Program-made: the position numbers and the translations under genes | Source: Macrostomum lignano | Taxonomy: Eukaryota | Reading direction: 5' to 3' | Length of the DNA stretch: 64,000 bases | Assembly (NCBI GenBank): GCA_002269645.1 | Contig: NIVC01000293.1 | Location: forward strand, 511,307 to 575,306 | Shown here: one piece after another, positions 1 through 14,205 of the stretch | How the letters are laid out: every line of letters starts with the position of its first letter | Numbering within the stretch: position 1 is the stretch's first letter | The notes under the pieces: model-generated | Told to the model about the DNA's origin: nothing | What the model saw: the letters and a program-made list of their open reading frames with translations, nothing else | The model's database searches: none

Positions 1-738
1 CAATTTTCCTATAGAAAATAGGAAAATACCCTAGGTTAAGAACAAATGTGTTCTCAACGAGCTACCGTTGAAGGCCATATGCATATATATAATATCCATG
101 TATAAAATTTCTCATATTTTCCTTCGATTAGAAATTTCCTCCACACTCTCAAACACCCCCCCCCCCCAAACCTCCCATAGGCAGAGTTGCTCACCACACC
201 GCGCTCACTTGTTCACTCTGGCTGATTCGACCCCCTTTCTATAGAACGTTTGTCTCGTGGCTTAAAACCTACAGGCAAGGGGGGGTTGGTGTTGTTGCAA
301 CTTGCAGTCACGAGCAGCTGTCTTGTATAGCCTTGAAGTCAACTGACTGACTGACTCTCTCTCTCTCCCTCTCTCTCCTCTCTCTCTTTCTCTCTCTCTC
401 CTGACTCTATAACTGACAAACTTGCATTCAGAGTTGAGAATTCGAGACCAATATATATGATTACCAATATTGGAGCTTTGAGTCTTTTGGGGTAGGTTTG
501 AGTCTTGCGTTGGCCTGTTTTAAGGATTTTGGGGGAGAGCAGGCAAGCTCAAACTCATATGCCGTGTGAGTTGGCGTTGGAATCTTTCCTTACTGCGTCT
601 TCAAACTTTATACGTTAGAATTGAGTTGGAGTTTCTTAAAAAATCAATAGCTTATTTGAGAAATGCAGAGTTTGCTGCAGTGTGGGAACTCGGTTATAGT
701 CAGCCTATCTAAGAGTGTACATCTGGTTGGCGGACATT

Positions 739-2008
739 GGATTGTGTCAGTGGGACTCTATCCACGGATTGTGTGTCAGTGGGACTCTATCCACGGATTG
801 TGTGTCAGTGGGACTCTATCCACGGATTGTGTCAGTGGGACTCTATCCACGGATTGTGTCAGTGGGACTCTATCCACGGATTGTGTGCCAGTGGGACTCT
901 ATCCACGGATTGTGTGTCAGTGGGACTCAATCCACGGATTGTGTGTCAGTGGGACCCTATCCACGGATTGTGTGTCAGTGGGACTCTATCCACGGATTGT
1001 GTCAGTGGGACTCTATCCACGGATTGTGTCAGTGGGACTCAATCCACGGATTGTGTCAGTGGGACTCTATCCACGGATTGTGTGTCAGTGGGACTCAATC
1101 CACGGATTGTGTCAGTGGGACTCAATCCACGGATTGTGTCAGTGGGACTCAATCCACGGATTGTGTCAGTGGGACTCTATCCACGGATTGTGTCAGTGGG
1201 ACTCAATCCACGGATTGTGTGTCAGTGGGACTCTATCCACGGATTGTGTGTCAGTGGGACTCTATCCACGGGTTGTGTGTCAGTGGGACTCTATCCACGG
1301 ATTGTGTCAGTGGGACTCAATCCACGGATTGTGTCAGTGGGACTCTATCCACGGATTGTGTCAGTGGGACTCTATCCACGGATTGTGTGTCAGTGGGACT
1401 CTATCCACGGATTGTGTGTCAGTGGGACTCTATCCACGGGTTGTGTGTCAGTGGGACTCTATCCACGGATTGTGTGTCAGTGGGACTTTATCCACGGATT
1501 GTGTGCCAGTGGGACTCTATCCACGGATTGTGTGTCAGTGGGACTCTATCCACGGATCGTATGTCAGTGGGACTCTATCCACGGATTGTGTCAGTGGGAC
1601 TCAATCCACGGATTGTGTGTCAGTGGGACTCTATCCACGGATTGTGTGTCAGTGGGACTCTATCCACGGATTGTGTCAGTGGGACTCTATCCACGGATTG
1701 TGTGTCAGTGGGACTCTATCCACGGATTGTGTGTCAGTGGGACTCTATCCACGGATTGTGTGTCAGTGGGACTCTATCCACGGATTGTGTGTCAGTGGGA
1801 CTCTATCCACGGATTGTGTCAGTGGGACTCTATCCACGGATTGTGTGTCAGTGGGACTCTATCCACGGATTGTGTCAGTGGGACTCTATCCACGGATTGT
1901 GTGTCAGTGGGACTCTATCCACGGATTGTGTGTCAGTGGGACTCTATCCACGGATTGTGTGTCAGTGGGACTCTATCCACGGATTGTGTCAGTGGGACTC
2001 TATCCACG
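739..2008. repeat. 27/29-bp minisatellite (GTCAGTGGGACTCTATCCACGGATTGT[GT])n
   Basis: Direct tandem repeat; explains the three overlapping repeat ORFs. Confidence 0.95.
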
Positions 2009-2554
2009 AGTTGAGTAACTGTGCGCGAGTCCAGGACCCCCCGCAGAGGGACAGATCGAGTTGCACTGTCAGTTTAGCTGCAGCTGTCTACCCCTGGTCC
2101 AACCTTTGCAATCGGTTAATTTTTTCAAGTCAAGGCTTTGTCCCAAAAACTTTCCCTTTTTTTAGGCACTTGTTCATGTACTTGATCTCAAATAAGCTTT
2201 GACTACTGTGGAACATTGCTATCCGTATTGGAGAAAGATTTTGCTAAAATCGAAAATGCACATTGTAGAGCTTGATACACAACTTTATACACGTAGCTCT
2301 GCTGCAGGATAGCTAGTCAGGGGCTATTTATTTCTATAGGTACAGTGTAGCCAATTGATTTTAATCTGGGTAGACAGTGGTCTCTTTAAACAAAAAATAT
2401 AAAATATGTATGAATATTATTTGAAATTTTTGTGCTGTTCGCACAGTGGTGTAGGGAAACCTGCTCAAATAAGATTAAAAACTTTCTCGGGTCAGATGAA
2501 AGATTGAAAGACAGGTAGCTTTTAACTGGTTAGTCTCTTTATTAGTTTAGCGAG

Positions 2555-3665
2555 AGATTAGCGAGGAGGGATTAGTGAATAGAGATTAGCGAGGAGGAAT
2601 TAGGGAGGAGGGATTAGCAAGGAGGGATTAGCAAGGAGGGATTAGCGAGGCGAGATTAGCGAGGATGGATTAGTCAGGAGGGATTAGAGAGGAGGGATTA
2701 GAGCGAAGGGATTAGCGAGGAGGGATTAGAGAGGAAAGATTAGCGAGGAGGGATTAGCAAGGAGGGATTAGAGAGGAGGGATTAGAGAGGAGGGATTAGG
2801 GAGAAGGGATTAACGAGGAGGGATTAGAGAGGAGGGATTAGAGAGGAAAGATTAGCGAGGAGGGATTAGCGAGGAGGGATTAGCAAGGAGGGATTAGAGA
2901 GGAGGGATTAGAGAGGAGGGATTAGAGAGGAGGGATTAGCAAGGAGGGATTAGCGAGGAGGGATTAGAGAGGAGGGATTAGCGAGAAGGGATTAGCGAGA
3001 AGGGATTAGCGTGGAGGGATTAGAGAGGAGGGATTAAAGAGGACGGATTAGCGAGAAGGGATTAACGAGGAGGGATTAGAGAGGAGGGATTAGAGAGGAG
3101 GGATTAGCAAGGAGGGATTAGCGAGGAGGGATTAGAGAGGAGGGATTAGCGAGAAGGGATTAGCGAGAAGGGATTAGCGTGGAGGGATTAGAGAGGAGGG
3201 ATTAAAGAGGACGGATTAGCGAGAAGGGATTAACGAGGAGGGATTAGAGAGGAGGGATTAGAGAGGAGGGATTAGCAAGGAGGGATTAGCGAGGAGGGAT
3301 TAGAGAGGAGGGATTAGCGAGAAGGGATTAGCGAGAAGGGATTAGCGTGGAGGGATTAGAGAGGAGGGATTAAAGAGGACGGATTAGCGAGAAGGGATTA
3401 ACGAGGAGGGATTAGAGAGGAGGGATTAGAGAGGAGGGATTAGCGAGGAGGGATTAGAGAGGAGGGATTAGAGAGGAGGGATTAGCGAGAAGGGATTAGC
3501 GAGAAGGGATTAGCGTGGAGGGATTAGAGAGGAGGGATTAAAGAGGACGGATTAGCGAGGAGGGATTAGAGAGGAGGGATTAGCGAGGAGGGATTAGAGA
3601 GGAGGGATTAGAGAGGAGGGATTAGAGAGGAGGGATTAGAGAGGATGTATTAGCCAGGAGGGATC
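2555..3665. repeat. 14-bp minisatellite (GGATTAGCGAGGAG/GGATTAGAGAGGAG)n
   Basis: Direct tandem repeat with higher-order reiteration of variant units. Confidence 0.95.
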
Positions 3666-4560
3666 AATGAGGGAAATTATCGTTGGGATGAGCTAGAGAC
3701 ACAAGCGAAAAAGGAATTAACCCTGCAAGCAATAAACTTACATTGAAGAGGAGCCGGAAGTCTACCTGAAAAAATAAATTCCTTAAATATCCTAAACTGA
3801 AACTGACATTTTCAATGAGATTATATAAGGAATTGAAGTTTTTCCTCTAATGTAGATTTCAAAATTTAGGACAGTTCAAACAGATTACTTAGTTAGTGCA
3901 TCCGTGTTGTTGACTTGAAATAAAGTTGGTCTAAACTACGATATTCTTATCGGTGGAGACATTAAACCAAGTTAAACCGGTTTATCAGTATTAATGTAAA
4001 CAATTTCAAATGATTTCCTAGAAACTTGCACTACTTTCCGTTTTGCACTGAAAGAATTAGCATTTTAAGTCACTACAGATTTTACAGGCATAAATTTTTA
4101 TTAGTCAGCGTGGTTCCGATAACAAATATAGTAACTTACCAGTTTGGAAAACGTTTGATTTAACAGTTGCATCCTGGCGTCAAGGCAGACCTTAAAGCTA
4201 AACGTCAGATTGGCTAATCATTTGGCTTAATCATCATTTTAAAGACTCTAGAAGGATTCTAGATTGGGAAAAAAGAGTAGTTAAGCTGTCATAATGTAAT
4301 TTAAGATCAAGGTGCTACTTATTTATATCAAATGTGAGACTTAATGAAACTTCTTAGCATTCAGGCACTTCAAATAATTATTGTCTATGGTAATTTATGT
4401 CAACATATACAACTATATAAAATACGATTGCTTATTTAATCGTTAAAAAATTGTACTATTCTGAGCCGGGAATGTGTTGTCTGTGGTAATTTTTAACAAA
4501 AACTAGGATATTATATCATATAATCTCCTCGAAATCAGGAGCAATCGAATTTAATATATG

Positions 4561-4705
4561 ATAAACGCCGTTTAATTCATCATAGTCTATGGTTAGAATA
4601 TCCTCGGCTGCAATCAATGGTCCTCGGCTCGCTACGCTCGCCTCGAGACCATTAAACGCAGCCTCGGACATTCTAACCACAGAATGTGAATTAAACGGCG
4701 TTTAT
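4561..4705. mobile_element. 145-bp palindromic (fold-back/MITE-like) element
   Basis: Perfect 19-bp terminal inverted repeat ATAAACGCCGTTTAATTCA / TGAATTAAACGGCGTTTAT, with further internal arm pairing (TGGTTAGAAT..GGCTGC / GCAGCC..ATTCTAACCA). Confidence 0.65.
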
Positions 4706-4750
4706 TATTTACATATAGAACTATGGCCGAGACTAATTAAGTCGCTTCAC

Positions 4751-6926
<2,176 letters not shown>

Positions 6927-7249
6927 ATAAATGAACAGGACTTCAATTCTATTAAAGGATACATCAGCATCAAATGCTTTCAACCTGATTTCTAAAAGTG
7001 CGTTTTTCGTTGGTGAATTGCGCTGTCGAGGCCTACAACTGGAAACCTTGAAAACAGAAGTAGCCAAGCTGATGAGGAAGAGAGCCTTCCTTCATTAGTC
7101 ATTTCCCCGACAGGTCTGCGCAGCCCCCCCCCCCCGCGTGCCCGGTAAACAACCAGCCATCGGTGCCGCAGACCCAAAAGCCTTACGAACTGGTGCACTT
7201 TCAAGACATCGTAGCTCGAATGCAACTTTTATTCTTTTGCCTCGCCTCG

Positions 7250-7568
7250 CCAGCACCAAGGAGTGCCAGCACTAAGGGGCGCCAGCACCAAGGGGCGCCA
7301 GCACCAAGGGGCGCCAGCACCAAGGGGCGCCAGCACCAAGGGGTGCCAGCACCAAGGGGCGCCAGCACCAAGGGGCGCCAGCACCAAGGGGCGCCAGCAC
7401 CAAGGGGTGCCAGCACCAAGGGGCGCCAGCACCAAGGGGCGCCAGCACCAAGGGGTGCCAGCACCAAGGGGCGCCAGCACCAAGGGGCGCCAGCACCAAG
7501 GGGCGCCAGCACCAAGGGGCGCCAGCACCAAGGGGCGCCAGCACCAAGAGGCGCCAGCACCAAGGGGT
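7250..7568. repeat. 16-bp minisatellite (GGGGCGCCAGCACCAA)n
   Basis: Direct tandem repeat. Confidence 0.95.
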
Positions 7569-8024
7569 GTCCGGAACATTACTGAATTCACAACGAAGTG
7601 ATTCCAGTGTCTGCTGTCTGCACTGCCACACAGCAATGTCTGGCTACCGAATACATGCTGGATGATTCGGCCACCTAAATGCCAACCTTGCAATCCTTGT
7701 AATCAATAACTTTCTGTTGCTCCTGTCGGTAGGAAAGAACTTTCAAATAATAGCTATGGTACTTGTAAATCACAAGGGCTTCGGTTAAAAGCATGCGAAT
7801 CAAGGTAGGTTAGAGTGCTGTTTTGCTAATCTGCAGCCAAGTTGCGGTGGCTTCTACAAGAGAGAGACAGCAAAGCTATTGTACATTTTACGAAATAAGG
7901 CCTCAGTTTCATGAGGAGCTTGTCAGGTGTCTAAGTCATAGATAGATATGGGGCAAAAGGCTCATGGAGAATTACGCGAAAGTCAAGACATGGCTCAAAG
8001 TGAACTGTTGAAATGCCTCAAGAC

Positions 8025-8130
8025 CAAGGGGAATTGCTGAGATGTCTAAGGATCAAGGGGAATCGCTGAGATGTCTAAGGATCAAGGGGAATCGCTGAGA
8101 TGTCTAAGGATCAAGGGGAATTGCTGAGAT
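8025..8130. repeat. 29-bp tandem repeat (CAAGGGGAATCGCTGAGATGTCTAAGGAT), ~3.5 copies
   Basis: Direct repeat; degenerate relatives at ~19360-19460. Confidence 0.85.
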
Positions 8131-8565
8131 ATCCATATGCTCGAAAGGAATTGTACAGATTTCTATAAAGGATCATAGGGACTTATTTACTTTCACTTGT
8201 CTAGTCGTTGACATTAATTTATTTATCGTTTTCTCCATAGGTCTCTGTGTTTATTCGAATACCTTGAATGTAAAGTTTAGTTTCACGAACTTTCAACGCG
8301 ACTATTTTAGTGCAAATTTCCAGACAGAATTTCCAATGGGGAATATTTACAAGTACACGCACTGTAGAGGTCCAAAACCATAGGATGCAGATAAATCTGC
8401 ATCCTAGCAACTATTCGTACAAAATTTCTTCACCAATTACATTCGTTTGCAGCAATGGCTATTCTTCCTTTTTCGTAGCCATGCGCGTCATCAGTGAGAC
8501 GAAGATTAAACAGACTTGGGTTCTAGAAATCCTAAACTAGGCTTTGTCAGTAGTTTGGACTAAGT

Positions 8566-10661
8566 ATGCAAGGCCCTAAAGAGATGGCGGAGCCACAGAA
8601 AAGACCATGGAAGCCGGACCTTCCACCAGCACCTCCTCAAAACTATCCGCGCAGTCAGAATCGACCAAAATCAGCGGCCGAAACGGCGCAAATGTTGATC
8701 AGCGAGTTCAACGACTACGGGCATCGAACCACGGTGCACGGCCTGGGCCACATGTACCAGTCTACAGACATGAGACGCAAACTGTTCTGGCTAGCGCTCA
8801 CCGTTATTGGTTCAATAGCCTGTGGAGTTCACATCTACTTCATTGTAGAAAACTACAACGAGACTCCAGTCAATTCCGTCATTCTCAACGGTGGGATTCG
8901 AGTGACCTTTCCAGACGTGACCCTCTGCAACATGTACCCGATCTCTGAGTCGGTGCAGAACCACGGAGCCGGTGAGATCCGGGGTCACATTAGAAAATAA
9001 TTCAAATTCAAAGCTTCATCAAAGCTTCGACGGGATATGAAAATAGCACCAGGAATCGATTTCAAATGGCCAGGAAGTTCTTTCAAATTTTCTGGGCATC
9101 CGAGGACACAAGAGACCTGGCTCACGATGACGACCTATTTCTAGTCTACTGCAGGTACAAAAACCGTAAGTGCACTAGCAAGCATTTCAAAATGGTGCAG
9201 AACATTGTCTACTGGAACTGTTACACATTCACGCCAAAGTTCGATGGAGAGGAAGATGAGGACAGGCGCGTGTACAGTGGCAATGAAGACGACGGTCTCA
9301 ACATGATTCTGTACACAAATTCGCACCTCAGAAATATCCATGCGAACAACAGCCTCACGACTGTAGACGGAATTATAAATCTGACACGAAGCGAAGCAAA
9401 ACAGGGGTTGCGTCGAGATCAGTCTAATTTTCTCGAACGCTACCTGGTGAATTACAGTCTTTCTTTGAACCAGCTGCTAGCCGGAGACAGGTTGGAGCCC
9501 GATGGAATTCGGGTGATTCTCCACGAGAAAGGAACTTACCCCCACATGGACATGAACAGCGTGATCGTTGGTAACGGAGACTACTCCAAAGTCGTCTTCT
9601 CAATGGAGCGCAAGATTTCCAAGAACCGGCCGGATTTCCCGTGCCGAGAAACCTCCGAGGACGCCGCCGATGAGGAGGTGGAGTACGTTTCCTACTACCC
9701 TGGCGTCGATGTGAGGTACACCACCAAGAGACCGCCACCGAACTTCAAGAAGTTCAAGCGCGATCGACTCGACTACGTAGTGACTCGAGTCCAGGACCTG
9801 TTCTGGTCGAGCTGCAGCTGCTACACCCACGTGGTCCCGTTCTCGCACTTCAACTCGAAGCTGTGCTACTTTTGCAGAAACGGCACGGACCCAGTGGAGA
9901 TCCGACGCACTCTCGAGCGAGTCCACTGCCACGACAGAGTCTACCAGAACCAGCTGAAGAAGAACATCCTCACCTACTTCAGCGACTCGCAGCGCTTCCA
10001 GCCGTGCACTGGCGACGAATACGACGTGAAGATGGGCAGCTCAGCGTGGCCCAGCCAGCGCGACATCATGTTCCTCGTCGACCAGTACGTGATTCCCGCC
10101 TTCCTGCACGAGAGCGTCGGCAACCGGTCCTACAACAGCATCCTGAAGAACACGAGAGTCTACCCGATCCGCGACATCGTCGGGACGACGCCCGAGCAGG
10201 CGATCGGCTCAAAGACTATCAAGTCGTTCAACTGGACCGTGGACGAGTTCCTCATTCGCAAGAGCTTCCTCAAGGTGGCCATCCACGCCGACAGCCCGAC
10301 GGGAACGCTCAACGAAGAGGTCGAGAGCTACTCGTTCGCCGAGGCGCTGTCGGAGATCGGCGGCATCTTCGGCCTCTACGCCGGCGTCTCGCTGCTCACC
10401 TTCTTCGAGTTCGTCGAGCTCGCCTACCTGATGGCCACGAAGCCGAAGGAGGTGACGCGGCATGAGAAGGACGGCAAGTCGAAGTTCGCCATGCTGCAGC
10501 AAACCATGGAGGACGGAGAGCTGCCAGCCAGCGAGGTGCTCAAGTACAAGCAGCTGTTCGACCGCGGCAACTGCTGCGCCCTGCCAACGGCCAGCGCCTC
10601 CCAACAGAGCAGGAGCTTCATCATGCAAGCTGAGAGGGAGGACTCTTTTTTCCTTGCTTGA
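8566..10661 (+). pseudogene. DEG/ENaC (amiloride-sensitive) channel paralog 1, intronless, disrupted by TAA at 8998-9000 plus a frameshift
   Basis: ORFs 8566-9000 and 9066-10661 are collinear with the intact paralog at 14206-16425. Motifs: pre-TM1 TTVHGLGH, TM1 RKLFWLALTVIG, FPDVTLCN, Cys-rich thumb, TM2 ALSEIGGIFGLYAGVSLLTFFE. A 19-nt paralog segment is replaced by 15 nt (taattcaaattcaaa). Confidence 0.8.
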
Positions 10662-11482
10662 GTTATCGCTGAATTATTTATAAGTGCTTATTTCGTTAAT
10701 CATTTAAACTACTTGTCTGTAGCAACGGATGTAAAGTGCAAAAAACAATATAAGTTTCATTGAGCATAACCAGACCACCGTCTTCAGACTTCAACAGCAA
10801 TTTAGGTACAGCTGATAAATAAATTACCCACATAGCACTACTGTCTAGTAGTGCAGATTGATTCGACGTAAGGTCCAGTAGAAAAAGCAATAAATAAAGT
10901 CTCTAGTTTGTCGAACTGCTGCATCCTAGAAGTTTCAGAGCGTTGGAAGTTGTTCATTATTCAATAAAATGCTATGTAAAACTTGATGTATTATAAATGT
11001 ATAATTTATTACAGAAATTAAAGACAACTTAAATAGTTGTAGTTGTGTTGTGTTTTTGTTATCCCTAGCAGGAGTTTTTAACTGTTGACTTTCATTGAAT
11101 TTACGCCTAAGTTATTGCACTTTCATGTCACTCATAAATCACACAATACTTATTGAATTCTACACTAATTTCCTGCAATAAATGCAAATATATGTCCGTG
11201 CATCGGTTGTCTGTACCAGCCAATATGCTGCTGTCTACTCGTAACTCCGTTATCAATGAAGTTTCGTGGATTTTGTGGATGCTGAATAGACAGAAAAAAA
11301 CGATAAATTTTTGGAACTGATTAGAAATCCAAATAATAGAGGTTTTGTTTCAACAAAATTATTCTACTAATTTTAATTAGAAGTTAACAGCGAAAAAAAT
11401 TTCTATACATATCGGAAGCTAAGTTTCAGCCTCTGCCGTAAGCATTGAAAACGAAGTGATTTAGAGTTCGTTAAAATCCTTC

Positions 11483-11850
11483 TCTGCCTTCCCCTTCTGC
11501 CTCTGCTCCCCACTCTGCCTCTGCCCCCCCCTCTGCCTCTGCCCCCCCTCTGCCTCTGCTCCCCACTCTGCCTCTGCCCCCTCTGCCTCTGCTCCCCACT
11601 TTGCCTCTGCTCCCCCTCTGCCTCTGCTCCCCCTCTGCCTCTGCCCCCCCTCTGCCTCTGCTCCCCACTCTGCCTCTGCTCCCCCTCTGCCTCTGCTCCC
11701 CACTCTGCCTCTGCTCCCCCTCTGCCTCTGCTCCCCACTTTGCCTCTGCTCCCCCTCTGCCTCTGCTCCCCCTCTGCCTCTGCCCCCCCCCGCCTCTGCC
11801 TCTGCTCCCCCTCTGCCTCTGCTCCCCCTCTGCCTCTGCTGATCCCCCTG
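11483..11850. repeat. Pyrimidine-rich ~17-bp minisatellite (CTCTGCCTCTGCTCCCC)n
   Basis: Direct tandem repeat in the spacer between the ENaC paralogs. Confidence 0.9.
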
Positions 11851-14205
11851 CCTCTCCCACTGCGTTTGCTTAACCCACCACCCCACCCTGACTGCCCCGG
11901 CCCCTTGGCAGTCCAATACTAATTGGCTGCCGCACTACATTGTGGTTAGCCGTTTTACGTGCAGTCCCCTGCAGTGTCACCTCCTAGCATATCAGGTACC
12001 TCTCTACCCTAAGCTTGCCCTGATTGGCCGGCTGCTTATGGCGGTTGCGGGTCGGTGCACTGCGGATTAAAGGGTCTTGACCAAATATATACTTATTCGC
12101 GCAGTGAGCCAGGGGAGACAATCTGGAATCTATAATCGCTCAGTGTCACAACTACAATACATGTAGATTTAAGACTATTGTTTCAAGCGTATCTTTAGCA
12201 TGGACAACTAAAGCAACGTATATACAGGACGCGAAACTCACGTTTCATGGAAAAAAAGTTTTGAAGGCCACTTTTCGTCGAAAAATACACTACGGGGATA
12301 AGAAATTTTCACTTTTTCATTATTAAAATTGTATTTGCTTTTGGTAGTAGGCAGACCCAATGTTCATCTTTTGATATGTTGTGCCTTTTTTACAGCTCTA
12401 TTGACGTTTGTAAAGCTTTTTGTTCAGAAAACTATGATTCTGTGTTAATTTTTATTCTACGTACAACTGCACATGTCCTGTGTCTAAAAACGATTAAAGT
12501 GGCACAGCTCGGCTTATTGGTTTTATGAATCTATTTTGTCATTCTTATAGCTGACTGTGTAGCAGTATGTGTAGCATTTTTTAGCATTTTTAGGTGCAGG
12601 TAATGTACGTAGAATGCAAAAATAACATATAGAATCCTAATTTTCTAAACAAAAGCTATATAATTATCAATAGGGCTATAGGAAAGGCACAACATATCAA
12701 AAGATAAACATTGGGTCTGCCTCTTATCGAAAGCAATAACAATTGTAATATGTAAAAAGTGAAAACTTCCTATTTCCGTAGTGTTGTTTCTTTCTACGTC
12801 CCACGGCTCATCCGGTTCCTCCGGGCCACCAAACGAGCCTCCGTCTTCCCCACCGAGGACAACGCTGCAGACAGGACCGGCAGACCTCCCAGACCGGCCC
12901 CTCGCCCTAGCCTATGCGGGTCTCTCAGGGATTAGCGGAATGGGCGACGCTCGCCTCCCCGCTGAGTCTTCGGACCGCCCTGCAGCTAAGTCAAGTAAGT
13001 CAAAAGGCCTTTAAAACAGTTTCCATAGATTTCGAGTGTTGCGTTCTTCTACTTTAGTAGTTCTTGATCTTTATCTGACAGGCGATTACAAATTGCAACT
13101 TTCTGCATCAATAACGTACTATAAGGCTTACAAGCTATTTCTTGAATTTCAGTTTTAGGAAAGCAAAATACCAAGGTACATATAAACGCATTTTGGCTTA
13201 GTAACATCCTTCTATAGATCACTATTCCTCAACATATTCGTCCAGAGGTAAGGAAATTTCTGTCTAACAGCAAGGCAGTGTATTAAGGCGGCTCTTGAAG
13301 TAATTTTTGCTCTCTTGAAATGCCGCCCTTCATACTGCAGCAGTTCCACCATATGCTGTACATGCATATAGCTGTAAGGTATTATTCCAGCTAAGGGGTG
13401 CACAGGGATTCACATTGCCTACATGCCCTCTGCCCCAGCCTCGCTGGAAGCACACATTATTTAGGCCAATCCGATCAATCATTCTGACCGTGGTGAAGAT
13501 CTTCTTTTTAGCTGCAGTCCACCTGTGAGCCACTCGCATGCAGTGCTCTGGCTGCGTGGGCCTTTTACTGCTTTTCTTTTTTTTGAAGCCGGTTTGCTGC
13601 TCTCTTAGCAAAGTATAACAAACTATCAATTAAATGATTGCAAAAACAATAACTTATATATGTAAGGAAACATACTAAAATTTATTAATTGACAATTAAA
13701 TGAGCAATACTGTTAAGGTTTTATCTGTCCAAATAGCGGTAAAAATGGTATCAACGTGAGTCAAAGGATCAAAAGAGTTCGCATTAATCCCATTTACAGT
13801 GTACCAAAAAAGTTAAAAACCGACGCCCAAACGAAAACGCGAAAGTAAAAATGGCAGCACTTTATAGAACAGTAATGTACAATATATCAAGGGATAATAC
13901 AAAAACATACCAAGCTGCATATTTTTGCTGAAACGTCGTTCGGTAAGATATTTATATTTAGTTCACGGATACACTTGCAAAATTATTCAGAGCAAGGCAA
14001 TAGTCAACTTGCAATCCGTTAGGCCCATCATACGAGTTACTGACCTCTAACAACGCGCACCTGACTTTCTCTTCGCAAGGCATGTACAAGCCGCGCACAT
14101 GTGCACCGATGAAGCTATTCTGCTTCAAAGTCAACACCAATAATACAATGAACGGGGAACTCAGCCTTCTGAATGCGTGAAAAATTGCGGCCAAAATTAT
14201 TCGGG

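Noticed and set aside
3-27. 10-bp inverted repeat ATTTTCCTAT/ATAGGAAAAT
   Set aside because: AT-rich, at the window edge, with no context to interpret.
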